Positions 1 to 10,138 of a DNA stretch of 64,000 bases are shown one piece after another (position 1 is the stretch's first letter; each line of letters starts with the position of its first letter). The stretch covers positions 255 to 64,254 of the forward strand of contig JAQXRJ010000098.1 in NCBI GenBank assembly GCA_029218465.1. The letters are read 5' to 3'. The notes below the pieces were generated by a model. It did no database searches. It worked only from the letters and a program-made list of their open reading frames with translations, and was not told the DNA's origin. The translations under genes and the position numbers were made by a program. Source of the stretch: a bacterium. Its GTDB lineage: Bacteria; Bacillota_I; Bacilli_A; RF39; UBA660.

Positions 1-1898
1 TGCAATAAAATTTTATAATCAGATTGTAAATTAGCTATTTTAAATGTCATATCTCCACTTTGTTTAACTCCAAACAAATCTCCTGAACCCCTCAACTTAA
101 AATCTTTCTCACTGATTTCAAATCCATCATATACACTTTCCATAATTTTTAATCTTTCTGCATCACTATTACTAATCAAAATACATTTAGATTCAAAAGA
201 ATTTCTTCCAACCCTACCTCTTAGCTGATGAAGGGTTGATAAACCAAATCTATTAGCGTCAAATATTACAATCATAGTTGCATTTTTAACATCAACCCCG
301 ACTTCAATAACAGTTGTACTTATTAAAATATTAATTTTATTTTGTTTAAATTCTTCCATAATTAATTCTTTTACTTCTGGTTTCATTTTACCATGAACTA
401 TGTCTATATTATATTTACTTCCAAAAGCAAGATTCATTTTATCTCTTAAATTATATACACTAGTTAAATCTGTATTATCATTTTGTTCAATCAAAGGTGC
501 AATAACATATATCTGGTGATTATTTTTTAATTCTTCATACATATAACCAAGTACATCTTTTATCTCATTTTCATTTTTTAAAATTGTAGTAACTTTTTTT
601 CTACCACTAGGTAATTGCTTAATAGAAGAAATATCCATATCTCCATAAATAGTTAAAGCATAAGTTCTAGGAATTGGAGTTGCACTCATATATAGTACAT
701 CCACTGATACTCCTTTATTTTTTAAATTTGTTCTTTGATTAACACCAAATCTATGCTGTTCATCTGTTATAACAAGTCCCAAATTATTAAATAATACATC
801 TTCTTGTATCAAAGCATGTGTTCCGATTATTATATCTATATCTCCATTTTTCAATTTATCATAAATATTTTTTTTCTCTTTTTTATTAATAGACCCTGTT
901 AAAAGAACAATTTCTATATCACTATCATCTATTAATTCTTTTAAATTATTATAATGCTGAACAGCAAGTATTTCCGTAGGTGCCATCAACGCACTTTGAT
1001 ATCCAGAAAATGCATTATAACACATTGAAAGAAATGCTACAATCGTTTTACCACTACCAACATCGCCTTGTAATAATCTATTCATTCTATTATTACTTTT
1101 CAAATCCTCAATTATTTCGTTTAAAGATTTTTTTTGATCATCCGTCAAATCGAATGGTAACTTTTTTAAAAGTTTATCAAATTTTGTTCTATCACATGTT
1201 CTAGAAATACCTTTATTAGCTATTTTATTCTGCTGTTTTAAATAATTAATTTTAAACATAAATTCAAATAATTCCTCATATTTCAAGCGCAAGCTAGCTT
1301 CTTTTAATTTTTCAAAATTAGGAGGATTATGTATAATATTAAGGGATGTTTTTTTATTATTAAAATTATATTTATCCAGTAAATATTTTGGAATACTATC
1401 ATTAATATCATTTCCGTTTTTCATTAAAGCATTATTTATATAACTAAGTAAAGTTTTCGTCGTTAGTCCATTTGTTGTATGATATACAGGCTCTATAGTT
1501 TCTTTATTAGACAAAACACCAAATTTTATGTCACTTGCTGTTATAATATTTCTTTTTTTATCATATTTGCCAATAACAATAATATTAGTACCAATCTTCA
1601 AATTAGCTTTTAAAAATGCTCTATTAAAAATCGATACCCCTATTGCACCATAAATTGTTGCAATTCTAACATTTAATTTATTTAATCCAGCTTTAAATCG
1701 AATCAATATAGGAATAGATTCAACTTTACCATCAATAATAATCTTATCATCTGATTCTACAGCTGTGATATTAGTTCTTTTTAATATATCATATCTAAAA
1801 GGATAATGAGTTACCAAATCATCAAGACTATTAATTCCAACTTTATTTAATAAAATTTCCGTTTTAGTGCCAATTCCCTTAATCTCAGATAATTTCAT
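1..1898 (-). CDS. recG: ATP-dependent DNA helicase RecG (N-terminal ~630 aa; C-terminus runs off the window)
   Basis: Absent from ORF track because the window edge cuts it. Hand translation from ATG at 1898-1896 gives MKLSEIKGIGTKTEILLNKVG... Contains Walker A GDVGSGKT, DEQH box (VITDEQHRFGV) and QLRGRVGR motif VI. Confidence 0.9.
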   Translation of the reverse strand, partial: MKLSEIKGIGTKTEILLNKVGINSLDDLVTHYPFRYDILKRTNITAVESDDKIIIDGKVESIPILIRFKAGLNKLNVRIATIYGAIGVSIFNRAFLKANLKIGTNIIVIGKYDKKRNIITASDIKFGVLSNKETIEPVYHTTNGLTTKTLLSYINNALMKNGNDINDSIPKYLLDKYNFNNKKTSLNIIHNPPNFEKLKEASLRLKYEELFEFMFKINYLKQQNKIANKGISRTCDRTKFDKLLKKLPFDLTDDQKKSLNEIIEDLKSNNRMNRLLQGDVGSGKTIVAFLSMCYNAFSGYQSALMAPTEILAVQHYNNLKELIDDSDIEIVLLTGSINKKEKKNIYDKLKNGDIDIIIGTHALIQEDVLFNNLGLVITDEQHRFGVNQRTNLKNKGVSVDVLYMSATPIPRTYALTIYGDMDISSIKQLPSGRKKVTTILKNENEIKDVLGYMYEELKNNHQIYVIAPLIEQNDNTDLTSVYNLRDKMNLAFGSKYNIDIVHGKMKPEVKELIMEEFKQNKINILISTTVIEVGVDVKNATMIVIFDANRFGLSTLHQLRGRVGRNSFESKCILISNSDAERLKIMESVYDGFEISEKDFKLRGSGDLFGVKQSGDMTFKIANLQSDYKILL

Positions 1899-1970
1899 AA
1901 CGACCACTTCCTGAGGCATATTATATCATATTTTTACATTAAATAAAATCAATTTTTTTAACTTTTTATG

Positions 1971-1999
1971 TTGACAAATTAGAACACTTCGATTATTAT
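1971..1999 (+). promoter_or_regulatory. sigma-A-like promoter: TTGACA, 17-nt spacer, TATTAT
   Basis: TTGACA at 1971-1976, 17-nt spacer, TATTAT at 1994-1999. It points into a gap with no plus-strand gene. Confidence 0.45.
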
Positions 2000-2031
2000 A
2001 AAAACTACCAATTCACAAATGGCGAATTGGT
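1998..2031 (-). terminator. probable intrinsic terminator downstream of PFOR
   Basis: 8-bp stem ACCAATTC/GAATTGGT (2007-2014 / 2024-2031). On the minus strand it is followed by AGTTTTTATAA. Confidence 0.5.
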
Positions 2032-2073
2032 CGCTAGTATCACACTAGCCAACCCCTTTTTATTCTTTTTTAT

Positions 2074-2107
2074 GAAGTCGACCTCAGGGGGACGACTTCT
2101 TTTTTTT
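2074..2107 (+). terminator. strong plus-strand intrinsic terminator with no upstream plus-strand gene
   Basis: Stem GAAGTCG/CGACTTC (2074-2080 / 2093-2099) followed by a T8 run (2100-2107). Confidence 0.6.
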
Positions 2108-2127
2108 GCTATTAAAAAGGAAAGAAA

Positions 2128-5100
2128 TTATTCTTTCCCTTTTTTACATAAACTTTTTAAATATTTAAATCTATTAATGGATTCTTTTTTATTTTGTTCT
2201 AATAAGCTTTTATATTCATTAGGATTGACTTTTTTTAACAATTTATATCTATCTTCTCCTAGTAAAAATTCAAAATATTTAGTAAAATCCGCATCAGAAT
2301 CAAGCAATAAAATTTCCTCATCTGGATTATATCTGAATATGGGAAAATATCCTGATTGAGTAGCTCTTTTTTGCTCATCAGTACTATCAATCACACCATT
2401 TGAAATACCATGAGCAATACAAGGTGCATATGCAATTATAATTGAAGGTCCTTTATGATTATATGCCTCAATAAAAGCTTTAACAGTCTGATTCATATTA
2501 GCTCCCATAGAAATAGATGCCACATAAACATTTGGATAACTCATTGCAAGTTTTGCTAAATCCTTCTTATTTGTTTTTTTACCAGTTGACGAAAACTTTG
2601 CAACACTACCTATTCTACTTGATTTAGACGTTTGACCACCTGTATTTGAATATACTTCAGTATCTAATACCAAAATATTAACATTTTCCCCACTCGAAAG
2701 AACATGATCAAGTCCACCATAACCAATATCATAAGCCCAACCATCTCCACCAACTATCCAAAAAGATTTTGTTTTAATAAAATCTTTTAAAGCTAATAGT
2801 TCTCTGTTTTTGTTATTCATTACTAATTCATATAATAAACAACTATTTTCATAATTACATCTTTTATAGTAACTTGCATAGATATCTTTTTCTGGTTCAC
2901 TTACTTTATCTATATTTCTATATATAATTTTCTTAATCTTATCTTTATTTATTCTATCAGCAACTTCAAGTCCCATACCAAATTCAGCATTGTCTTCAAA
3001 TAGTGAATTCATCCAAGGAACACTATAAGGAGTTTTTGGAACACTTCCACCATATATTGACGAACAACCAGTTGCATTTGCTATAACTAATTCATTTCCA
3101 AATAGTTGAGTAAGTAATTTTAAATAAGCTGTCTGTCCACAACCAGCACAAGCACCACTAAACTGAAACTTTGGTTTTACAAATTGACTGCCTTTAACTG
3201 TATTGATAGGAAAAACAATATGTTCATCAACTTTATTAAATAAATATTTACTATTCTCTATATTTTCAACAGTTTTAACAGCATCTGATTCTTTCATAGT
3301 AATGGCTTTAACACCTTTTTTTCCAGGACAGACTTTACTACATAAACCACATCCCGTACAATTTTTATAATCAACACCAATCATAAACCTTAATGAATGA
3401 TTTTTGATTAATGAATCTTTTAATTTATCTTTTAATTTAGTTGGTGCATTAATAAATTCTCTATCATCTAATAAGAAAGGTCTTATCACGCCATGGGGAC
3501 ATACAAAAGAACACTGACCACACATAATACAATTTTCAGGATTATAGCAAGGCAATAATTCTGCAATATTTTTTTCTTCAAATATCGATTTACCACCTGG
3601 AAAAGATCCATCAACAAATTCTTCAACTTGACTTACCTTTAAAGTATCTCCTAATTTCTTATCAATCAAATCAAAAATATTTAAACTATGACTATCAACA
3701 TCTTTTATATCTTTAATATTTAATTTTAATAAATTAAGATTGTCCAAAGTATCATTTATACAACTAATATTTTTGTCAATTAATTCTTTTCCTTTATTAG
3801 TTAATAATATTGATACAGACTTTTTAAGCTCCTTAAAAGCAAAATCAAACGGAATAATATTACTTATTTTAAATATTGCAGTAGCAATTATTAAATTTAT
3901 CTTATTACCCAATCCATTCTTGTATGCTATGCCACTAGCATCGATTGTATACACCTTAATTTTTTTATCTTTAATAATTCTTTTATCATGAGAAGATATT
4001 GAATTAAGCAATTCTTCCATATTTTTATTAGTATTAATAATAAAAACTGATTTACTCTTTGCTTTATCTAGCATACTATATTTTAATAAATAATCATCTT
4101 TGGTACATACTATCAAGCTTGGTTTTTCAACATAATATGAAGAATGAATTTCACTATTTGAAAATCTTAAATGACATTTAGTAAGTCCTCCTGATTTTTT
4201 TGAATCATATTCAAAATATCCTTGAGTATAAGCATTGGTATTGTTTCCTATTATCTTGATGATATCTTTAGATGCTGACACCATTCCATCCGATCCATAC
4301 CCGTAAATAAGCATTTCATGAACATTATAATCAGTATCAAAGTATTCTTCATTTAAACTTAAATTAGTAACATCATCAACAATGCCAATAGTAAATTCAT
4401 GATTATCTTTTTTTTCTAAATAACTATAAACTGCCTTTATTTGATAGGGGGTGGTATTCTTGCTAGATAATCCATATCTACCACCTACAACTTTTATTTT
4501 AGAATTAAAATTTGAAATTACATCTTTAACATCTAAATATAATGGAGCCATAGCACCTGGTTCTTTTGTTCTATCAAGTACAGCAATAGATTTGACAGTT
4601 TTAGGTAAAACATCTAATAAATACTTAGAAGAAAATGGCCTATATAGATGAACTTCAATCAAGCCAACCTTATTATCGTTGGCATTTAAATAATCAACCG
4701 TTTCTCTAATCGTTTCACAAACAGACCCCATAGCAACTATAACTTTTGATGCATCTATTGCTCCATAATAATCAAAAGGTTTATATTTGCGGCCAGATAT
4801 TTCACTTATTTTTTCCATATACTCATTCACTATATCTGGCAAAGCATCATAATATTTATTTCTTGCTTCACTTATTTGAAAATATATATCATCATTCAAG
4901 TTAGTCCCTTTAGTAACATTATTTATGCTTAACGCACGATTTCTAAATTTTTTTAAGGCATTTTTGTCAATTAACTTCTTTATCTTTTCCAGATTTATTA
5001 GTTCAATCTTTTGTAATTCGTGGCTTGTTCTAAATCCGTCAAAGAAATTAACAAAAGGGATTCTTCCTTTTAAACTTGATAAATAAGGAATTGCTGTTAA

Positions 5101-5547
5101 ATCCATCACTTGTTGAACAGATGAGGTTGCGAACATTGCAAACCCTGTTTGCCTAACAGAATAAATATCTTGATGATCTCCTAAAATAGACAAAGAATGT
5201 GTTGCTAAGCTTCGTGCAGCAACATTAATAACACATGGTAACATTTCACCGGCAATTTTATACATACTAGGAATCATAAGTAATAATCCTTGAGATGCAG
5301 TATAAGTAGTAGCTATTATACCATTTTGAAGAGCACCATGAACCAAAGCAATCGCACCAGCTTCACTCTGCATTTGTGTTATATTAACTTTTTCTCCATA
5401 AAAATTTAACTGTTCACCAGCAGAATATTTATCAACATATTCTGCCATAGGAGATGCAGGGGTTATTGGATAAATTCCAGCCAACTCACTAAATTTATAT
5501 GAAATTAAGCTACACGCCTCATTTCCATCCATAATTTTATACTTCAT
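2128..5547 (-). CDS. nifJ: pyruvate:ferredoxin (flavodoxin) oxidoreductase
   Basis: 1139 aa single-chain PFOR. N-terminus reads MDGNEA...IYPITPASPM. Two 4Fe-4S motifs (CIMCGQCSFVCP, CTGCGLCSKVCP) and a TPP site GGDGWAYDIGYGGLDH. Confidence 0.93.
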   Translation of the reverse strand: MKYKIMDGNEACSLISYKFSELAGIYPITPASPMAEYVDKYSAGEQLNFYGEKVNITQMQSEAGAIALVHGALQNGIIATTYTASQGLLLMIPSMYKIAGEMLPCVINVAARSLATHSLSILGDHQDIYSVRQTGFAMFATSSVQQVMDLTAIPYLSSLKGRIPFVNFFDGFRTSHELQKIELINLEKIKKLIDKNALKKFRNRALSINNVTKGTNLNDDIYFQISEARNKYYDALPDIVNEYMEKISEISGRKYKPFDYYGAIDASKVIVAMGSVCETIRETVDYLNANDNKVGLIEVHLYRPFSSKYLLDVLPKTVKSIAVLDRTKEPGAMAPLYLDVKDVISNFNSKIKVVGGRYGLSSKNTTPYQIKAVYSYLEKKDNHEFTIGIVDDVTNLSLNEEYFDTDYNVHEMLIYGYGSDGMVSASKDIIKIIGNNTNAYTQGYFEYDSKKSGGLTKCHLRFSNSEIHSSYYVEKPSLIVCTKDDYLLKYSMLDKAKSKSVFIINTNKNMEELLNSISSHDKRIIKDKKIKVYTIDASGIAYKNGLGNKINLIIATAIFKISNIIPFDFAFKELKKSVSILLTNKGKELIDKNISCINDTLDNLNLLKLNIKDIKDVDSHSLNIFDLIDKKLGDTLKVSQVEEFVDGSFPGGKSIFEEKNIAELLPCYNPENCIMCGQCSFVCPHGVIRPFLLDDREFINAPTKLKDKLKDSLIKNHSLRFMIGVDYKNCTGCGLCSKVCPGKKGVKAITMKESDAVKTVENIENSKYLFNKVDEHIVFPINTVKGSQFVKPKFQFSGACAGCGQTAYLKLLTQLFGNELVIANATGCSSIYGGSVPKTPYSVPWMNSLFEDNAEFGMGLEVADRINKDKIKKIIYRNIDKVSEPEKDIYASYYKRCNYENSCLLYELVMNNKNRELLALKDFIKTKSFWIVGGDGWAYDIGYGGLDHVLSSGENVNILVLDTEVYSNTGGQTSKSSRIGSVAKFSSTGKKTNKKDLAKLAMSYPNVYVASISMGANMNQTVKAFIEAYNHKGPSIIIAYAPCIAHGISNGVIDSTDEQKRATQSGYFPIFRYNPDEEILLLDSDADFTKYFEFLLGEDRYKLLKKVNPNEYKSLLEQNKKESINRFKYLKSLCKKGKE

Positions 5548-5601
5548 TTTATCACTCTTTTCTAAATAACATTATACATCAAATACTGAATAAATTGAAA
5601 T

Positions 5602-6765
5602 CTATTTTTTTGAATATATAGTTTGAATATTACTATCATATTTCCTTACAATACTCATGTATTTATCAAAATAACTATCATAATTATTTAAAATTTTATT
5701 ATTAAGATTATTGTATGGATATACTTTAAAATGACCACAAACAGATGCTTTACAGGTATACACTAAATCAGCTTTTGGTTCTTCTACTTTAATATAAACT
5801 TTATCATCAATAGTAGTTTTAACAATGTTAGTATCTACAATTAAACCAGTTAATTTTTCAACACCTATTTGAGATGAAATAAAATTGCCAAGTGAATATA
5901 CAACTAAAGTATCATCAATGAATTCAATAGGTTCAACCACATGTGGATGAGTTCCAATAATAATATTTACTCCTAAACTAGATAAATACTTAGCAATTTC
6001 TTTTTGAGAATTTGATACATCATGAGAATATTCTATACCCCAATGCATAGATACGATAAGTAAATCAACTTTATCTCTAATTTTTTCTATATCTTTTTTT
6101 ACTGTTTCTTTATCATAAACATTTAAGTAAAATTCCTTACCTGTAGGACTTTTAAGCCCATTAGTTAAAGTAGTATAAGCAAGAAGTCCATACTTAATAC
6201 CATTTTTCTCTTGAACAACAATTTTTTCTCTTTGTTCTTCTGAAATATAAGAACCAGCTGCGATTACGTTTGTTTTATTATCCCAATAATTTCTAGAATT
6301 AATTATTGTTTTATAATTTGTTCCATATCCTCTATCTAAAGTGTGATTAGTAGCAAGACTAACTAAATTAAATCCCATATCAATAAATGCGTCACCTACT
6401 TCGTATGGAGAATTAAATTGTGGGTAATTAGATAATCCTAAAGAGCTACCTCCAAGTATTGTTTCTTGATTGTAAAACTTTAAATCATATGATGATAATA
6501 AACTTTTAATTTCACTAAACATTGGCTTAAAATCATATGTGTTACCTTTTTTCGCATCAGCATAAATACTACTATGTATTAATGCATCGCCAATCATTAC
6601 TAAAGATACTCTTGTCTCATTAACAGAAGGTCTAGGAATATCATAGTAATCTAATTTTTGATATGTTTTAGTTTTTTCTAAAAAATTACAAACTAATACT
6701 AAAAATATTATTAAAAAAATAAATAACCATATAAATCTTAATATATTTTTTAAGCATTTACTCAT
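5602..6765 (-). CDS. CapA/PGA_cap family metallophosphatase-like protein, membrane anchored
   Basis: N-terminal TM helix. Motifs MIGDALIH, ATNHTLDRG, SMHWGIEY and GTHPHV are typical of the CapA family. Confidence 0.75.
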   Translation of the reverse strand: MSKCLKNILRFIWLFIFLIIFLVLVCNFLEKTKTYQKLDYYDIPRPSVNETRVSLVMIGDALIHSSIYADAKKGNTYDFKPMFSEIKSLLSSYDLKFYNQETILGGSSLGLSNYPQFNSPYEVGDAFIDMGFNLVSLATNHTLDRGYGTNYKTIINSRNYWDNKTNVIAAGSYISEEQREKIVVQEKNGIKYGLLAYTTLTNGLKSPTGKEFYLNVYDKETVKKDIEKIRDKVDLLIVSMHWGIEYSHDVSNSQKEIAKYLSSLGVNIIIGTHPHVVEPIEFIDDTLVVYSLGNFISSQIGVEKLTGLIVDTNIVKTTIDDKVYIKVEEPKADLVYTCKASVCGHFKVYPYNNLNNKILNNYDSYFDKYMSIVRKYDSNIQTIYSKK

Positions 6766-6888
6766 ATAATCACCTTTTACTATATTTTAAGTATATAATA
6801 TAATTTAAGTTAAATGCAATAACTTATAATTGAAAAATATGGAGTAATATGTTACGATTTAAATATAAAATAAAGGAGATAATAATTA

Positions 6889-7527
6889 ATGAAAAAGCAA
6901 AAAGAGAAAAAAAATAATAAAAAGAAACTTATAATTGCAATACTTTTTGTTCTAATAGCTGGAGGAATTTTAATAATTAAAAATAAAATATTAGATAATA
7001 ATTCGAATATAACACAAATAAAAACGATAGATAATATTTCAGACTATGATTATACTTTGAGTAACAATTCTACAGCATATCAAAAAACACTCTTTAAAGA
7101 ATTAAAATTAATATTAAATAGCAAAGAAATTAATGACGAAGAATATGCAAAAAAAATAGCACAATTATTTACTGCAGATTTATTTACACTAAATACTAAA
7201 TTAACAAGTTCAGATATTGGTGGTACTCAATACGTATATAGAGATTTTCAAGATGATTATGTATCTATTGCACAAAGCAGTCTATATAGTTCTGTAAAAA
7301 GTAATATTTATGGAGATAGAAAACAAGAACTTCCTGAAGTTACAAAAGTAACTGTTGATGATACAACTAAAGAAACCTTTAAATATGGAAATAAAGTTTT
7401 TGAAGAAGCATACGCTATTACACTTCATATTAGCTATAAAAAAGAGCTAGGTTATCCTGAAAAATATAAAGTTACAATTATTAAAAATGAAAAAAATATG
7501 GAAATAGTAAAAGCTAGTGAAAATTAA
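6889..7527 (+). CDS. hypothetical signal-anchored protein
   Basis: 212-aa ORF with SD AAGGAG upstream, a Lys-rich N-terminus, one TM helix (LIIAILFVLIAGGILII) and no recognised motif. Confidence 0.5.
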   Translation: MKKQKEKKNNKKKLIIAILFVLIAGGILIIKNKILDNNSNITQIKTIDNISDYDYTLSNNSTAYQKTLFKELKLILNSKEINDEEYAKKIAQLFTADLFTLNTKLTSSDIGGTQYVYRDFQDDYVSIAQSSLYSSVKSNIYGDRKQELPEVTKVTVDDTTKETFKYGNKVFEEAYAITLHISYKKELGYPEKYKVTIIKNEKNMEIVKASEN

Positions 7528-7539
7528 TCACTAGCTTCT

Positions 7540-9705
7540 TTATTCAGTAGGTTGTTCTGATTCTATTGGTAATGATTCTTCTTCATTTTTACCATTACCA
7601 TATGTTATTTCAATTGTTTTGTTACCATTTATAATGTCAAATATCGTTATACCTGATATATTTTGGCTTATTATTTTATCCTTTTCTCCGGATACAGCAA
7701 CATATTCAACAGGAATACTTAAGTTAGTTTTATTTAGCCAAGTTTTAAACGAGGACAAATTACTTCCTACATAGTTTTTAATATTACATTGACTTAAATC
7801 TTTAGTATCTATAACTAAACACATTTCATAGGTAAATTCTTGCTTTGTACCTTCCTCTGTTTTTTGACTACTTGAACCAGTATTATCAACTTTAGTAACT
7901 ACAGTAACGACTACAGTTTTTATATTCGATATATCAGTATTAGCTTTAACAGATTGTTCAAGTATTTCTCCTTCAAAATATTTGGAATCAGCAACATATT
8001 TATATTCAGGCTTAATAGTGATTCTATTAATAGAAGCCCAACTATTTGCATAATCAAAACTCTTACCAACAAAATTAGGTAATGTTACTATATCATCGGA
8101 ACCACCATATATATTGTTTCCAACAATTTTTTCTTCATATCCTTCATTTATATCAAAAGAGAATGTCTTAATAGGAGTCTCTTCTACAAGTTCTAAATTA
8201 ACTTTCATAGATTTAACAACAGCTTTAATACTATTATCGGTATTAATTACTGTACTTAAATTTAAATTACCAATTTTAATTGTCTTAGTATAACTTGTGA
8301 ACTTTAATTTTTGAATATTAACTATTTGAGAAATATCTCTATTTCCAGCATTAATCTTAATAAGTATATCTTTTCCAACATTGTATAAAGATAATATTGT
8401 ATCAGTAGACATATTAGTAACCATATTGTCCCCCAACATATCTAGCATTTTATATATAGTATCAATACTATTAATAGATTTCATTTTATTAAGTATTGAT
8501 TTAAATACTAATTGTTGATTTTGTCCTCTTACAAAATCATTTCTTATACCAGTTGAAGTATACTTTTTATCACACTTTCCAGTCCAATAATGTCTATTTC
8601 TTGTCAAAGCAAGCGCTTGTTCTCCATTTAAAGTTTGTTTTCCAGAATCTAAATAAACAGTGTTTTTACCCCATTTTCTTTCACTATTTTGTTCGCAAAA
8701 AGCATATGGTACATCAACATCAATTCCTCCTAATAAGTCAACAAGCTCAACAAGGCCTTTAAAATTCACCTTAGCATAGTAATCTATATCGATATCAAGA
8801 TATTTCTCTATTGTACTAACAACACATTTATCACCACTCCATCCAGAAGAATTTATTTTGTGTTTTTTACCTGTACAAGCAATCGTTGTATAAGTGTCCC
8901 TTGGAATACTAAGTATAGTTGAACTAAGCGTATTAGGATTAAAAGTAACTACCATAAGTGTATCAGCATTATATGAAGAGGATAAATTATCCACTCCCAT
9001 AAATAAAATAGTAAATGGTTCCATTACACTTTTTTGAATAGTCTGTTCTTGTGCAAATTTCAATTCATATGTTTTTATAATACCTATCTTTTCAGTAACA
9101 TCAGAATACTCTTCATCAGCTGCTAAAACAGGACCAAATTCAGTGGGCAAAAAGGCAAATCTTATCTTTTCATTATATAAATCCTCTACAATAGCATTGT
9201 AACTATCATAATATGTAAGTTCATTAGAAATACCATTTTCTTTTAAGAATCCTTCAATCATTTTTGATGAATTTGATGAAACTTCATCGGATGGAGCACC
9301 AATTTTTTCATCTAATGAAATATCACTTATAGTAATATTATTTGACTTCAATGCAACCAAACTTATAGAATCAACTTGAATATTATCTGATATTTTATCA
9401 AGAAGGCCAAGCATTCTATTAGCATTATATCCAATAAAAATATTAAAGAAAACAGTTAAAAAACTAAATAACAAAAAAATAACTCTTCTTAATAACTGTT
9501 TTTTTGCAACACTCTTTATATTAAAAAAGCATATTATTATAGTTATTATTGCATAAACTATACAAAAAATATATCTAACTAAATTTTCTATTCCATTAAG
9601 CTTTAAAATCGAATATAACAAATATCCTGAACTAAATAATAATAATAAATTCATAAATAAAGCAACAATCAATTTATAATTAAATTTTTTCTTTTTTACG
9701 GTCAT
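7540..9705 (-). CDS. LCP (LytR-CpsA-Psr) family cell-wall polymer transferase with polytopic N-terminus and long C-terminal extension
   Basis: LCP core reads FMGVDN...ADTLMVVTFNP...ILSIPRDTY...KINSS...RNR. There are several N-terminal TM helices. Confidence 0.8.
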   Translation of the reverse strand: MTVKKKKFNYKLIVALFMNLLLLFSSGYLLYSILKLNGIENLVRYIFCIVYAIITIIICFFNIKSVAKKQLLRRVIFLLFSFLTVFFNIFIGYNANRMLGLLDKISDNIQVDSISLVALKSNNITISDISLDEKIGAPSDEVSSNSSKMIEGFLKENGISNELTYYDSYNAIVEDLYNEKIRFAFLPTEFGPVLAADEEYSDVTEKIGIIKTYELKFAQEQTIQKSVMEPFTILFMGVDNLSSSYNADTLMVVTFNPNTLSSTILSIPRDTYTTIACTGKKHKINSSGWSGDKCVVSTIEKYLDIDIDYYAKVNFKGLVELVDLLGGIDVDVPYAFCEQNSERKWGKNTVYLDSGKQTLNGEQALALTRNRHYWTGKCDKKYTSTGIRNDFVRGQNQQLVFKSILNKMKSINSIDTIYKMLDMLGDNMVTNMSTDTILSLYNVGKDILIKINAGNRDISQIVNIQKLKFTSYTKTIKIGNLNLSTVINTDNSIKAVVKSMKVNLELVEETPIKTFSFDINEGYEEKIVGNNIYGGSDDIVTLPNFVGKSFDYANSWASINRITIKPEYKYVADSKYFEGEILEQSVKANTDISNIKTVVVTVVTKVDNTGSSSQKTEEGTKQEFTYEMCLVIDTKDLSQCNIKNYVGSNLSSFKTWLNKTNLSIPVEYVAVSGEKDKIISQNISGITIFDIINGNKTIEITYGNGKNEEESLPIESEQPTE

Positions 9706-9942
9706 ATTTGCCTCCTACTTTATAAAAGTTTATCAAATTTCAAACAAATTGTCCATACAGTTTTACTAAACATTAAAAATACAATATTTCTCATATATTC
9801 TTTTGAATTTTTTTAAATAAATCATTATCTTTACTACTTAAAAAAATAAATATTTACTTTAAAATTTGGATTTTGAAATAATTGTATTACTAAAACTTAA
9901 GTATATATTTTTGTTAAATCAAAATAAAATTTTAGAAAAATA

Positions 9943-9969
9943 TAAAAAAACAGGGAACATAACTCCCAG
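9943..9969 (-). terminator. possible terminator after tRNA-His
   Basis: Minus strand reads CTGGGA-GTTATGT-TCCCTG followed by TTTTTTTAT. The stem is short. Confidence 0.4.
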
Positions 9970-9983
9970 TTTAATTTTATAAA

Positions 9984-10060
9984 TGGGGCGAAATAAGGGA
10001 GTCGAACCCTTGCATAACAGAGCCACAATCTGCCGTGTTAACCACTTCACCAATTCCGCC
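9984..10060 (-). tRNA. tRNA-His (GUG) with G-1 and encoded CCA
   Basis: Hand-folded cloverleaf. G-1 plus acceptor GCGGAAT/ATTTCGC. Anticodon stem GCAGA/TCTGT with loop TTGTGGC (anticodon GTG). T-arm AAGGG-TTCGACT-CCCTT, discriminator C, then CCA. Confidence 0.9.
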
Positions 10061-10138
10061 ATTGCTTGAATACTTCTATATTTTAGCAAGTATTATGTAA
10101 AATATCAAGCTTTTTTAAAAAAAAGACTTTTTAAGCCT

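Noticed and set aside
2027-2359. 110-aa plus-strand ORF overlapping the PFOR 3' end. Many similar track ORFs lie antisense to long genes: 3740-3991, 4451-4651, 8553-8762, 11427-11627, 18054-18384, 18689-19003, 26174-26527, 27158-27361, 29348-29989, 34648-35301, 36409-36648, 38888-39337, 42276-42542, 42685-42975, 43383-43568, 44809-45100, 49861-50049, 52470-52706, 53489-53680, 55209-55511, 57997-58336, 58843-59025 and 61944-62135.
   Set aside because: They lie antisense inside well-supported genes, have low-complexity Phe/Leu/Ile/Ser-rich translations typical of AT-rich antisense frames, and lack SD sequences.
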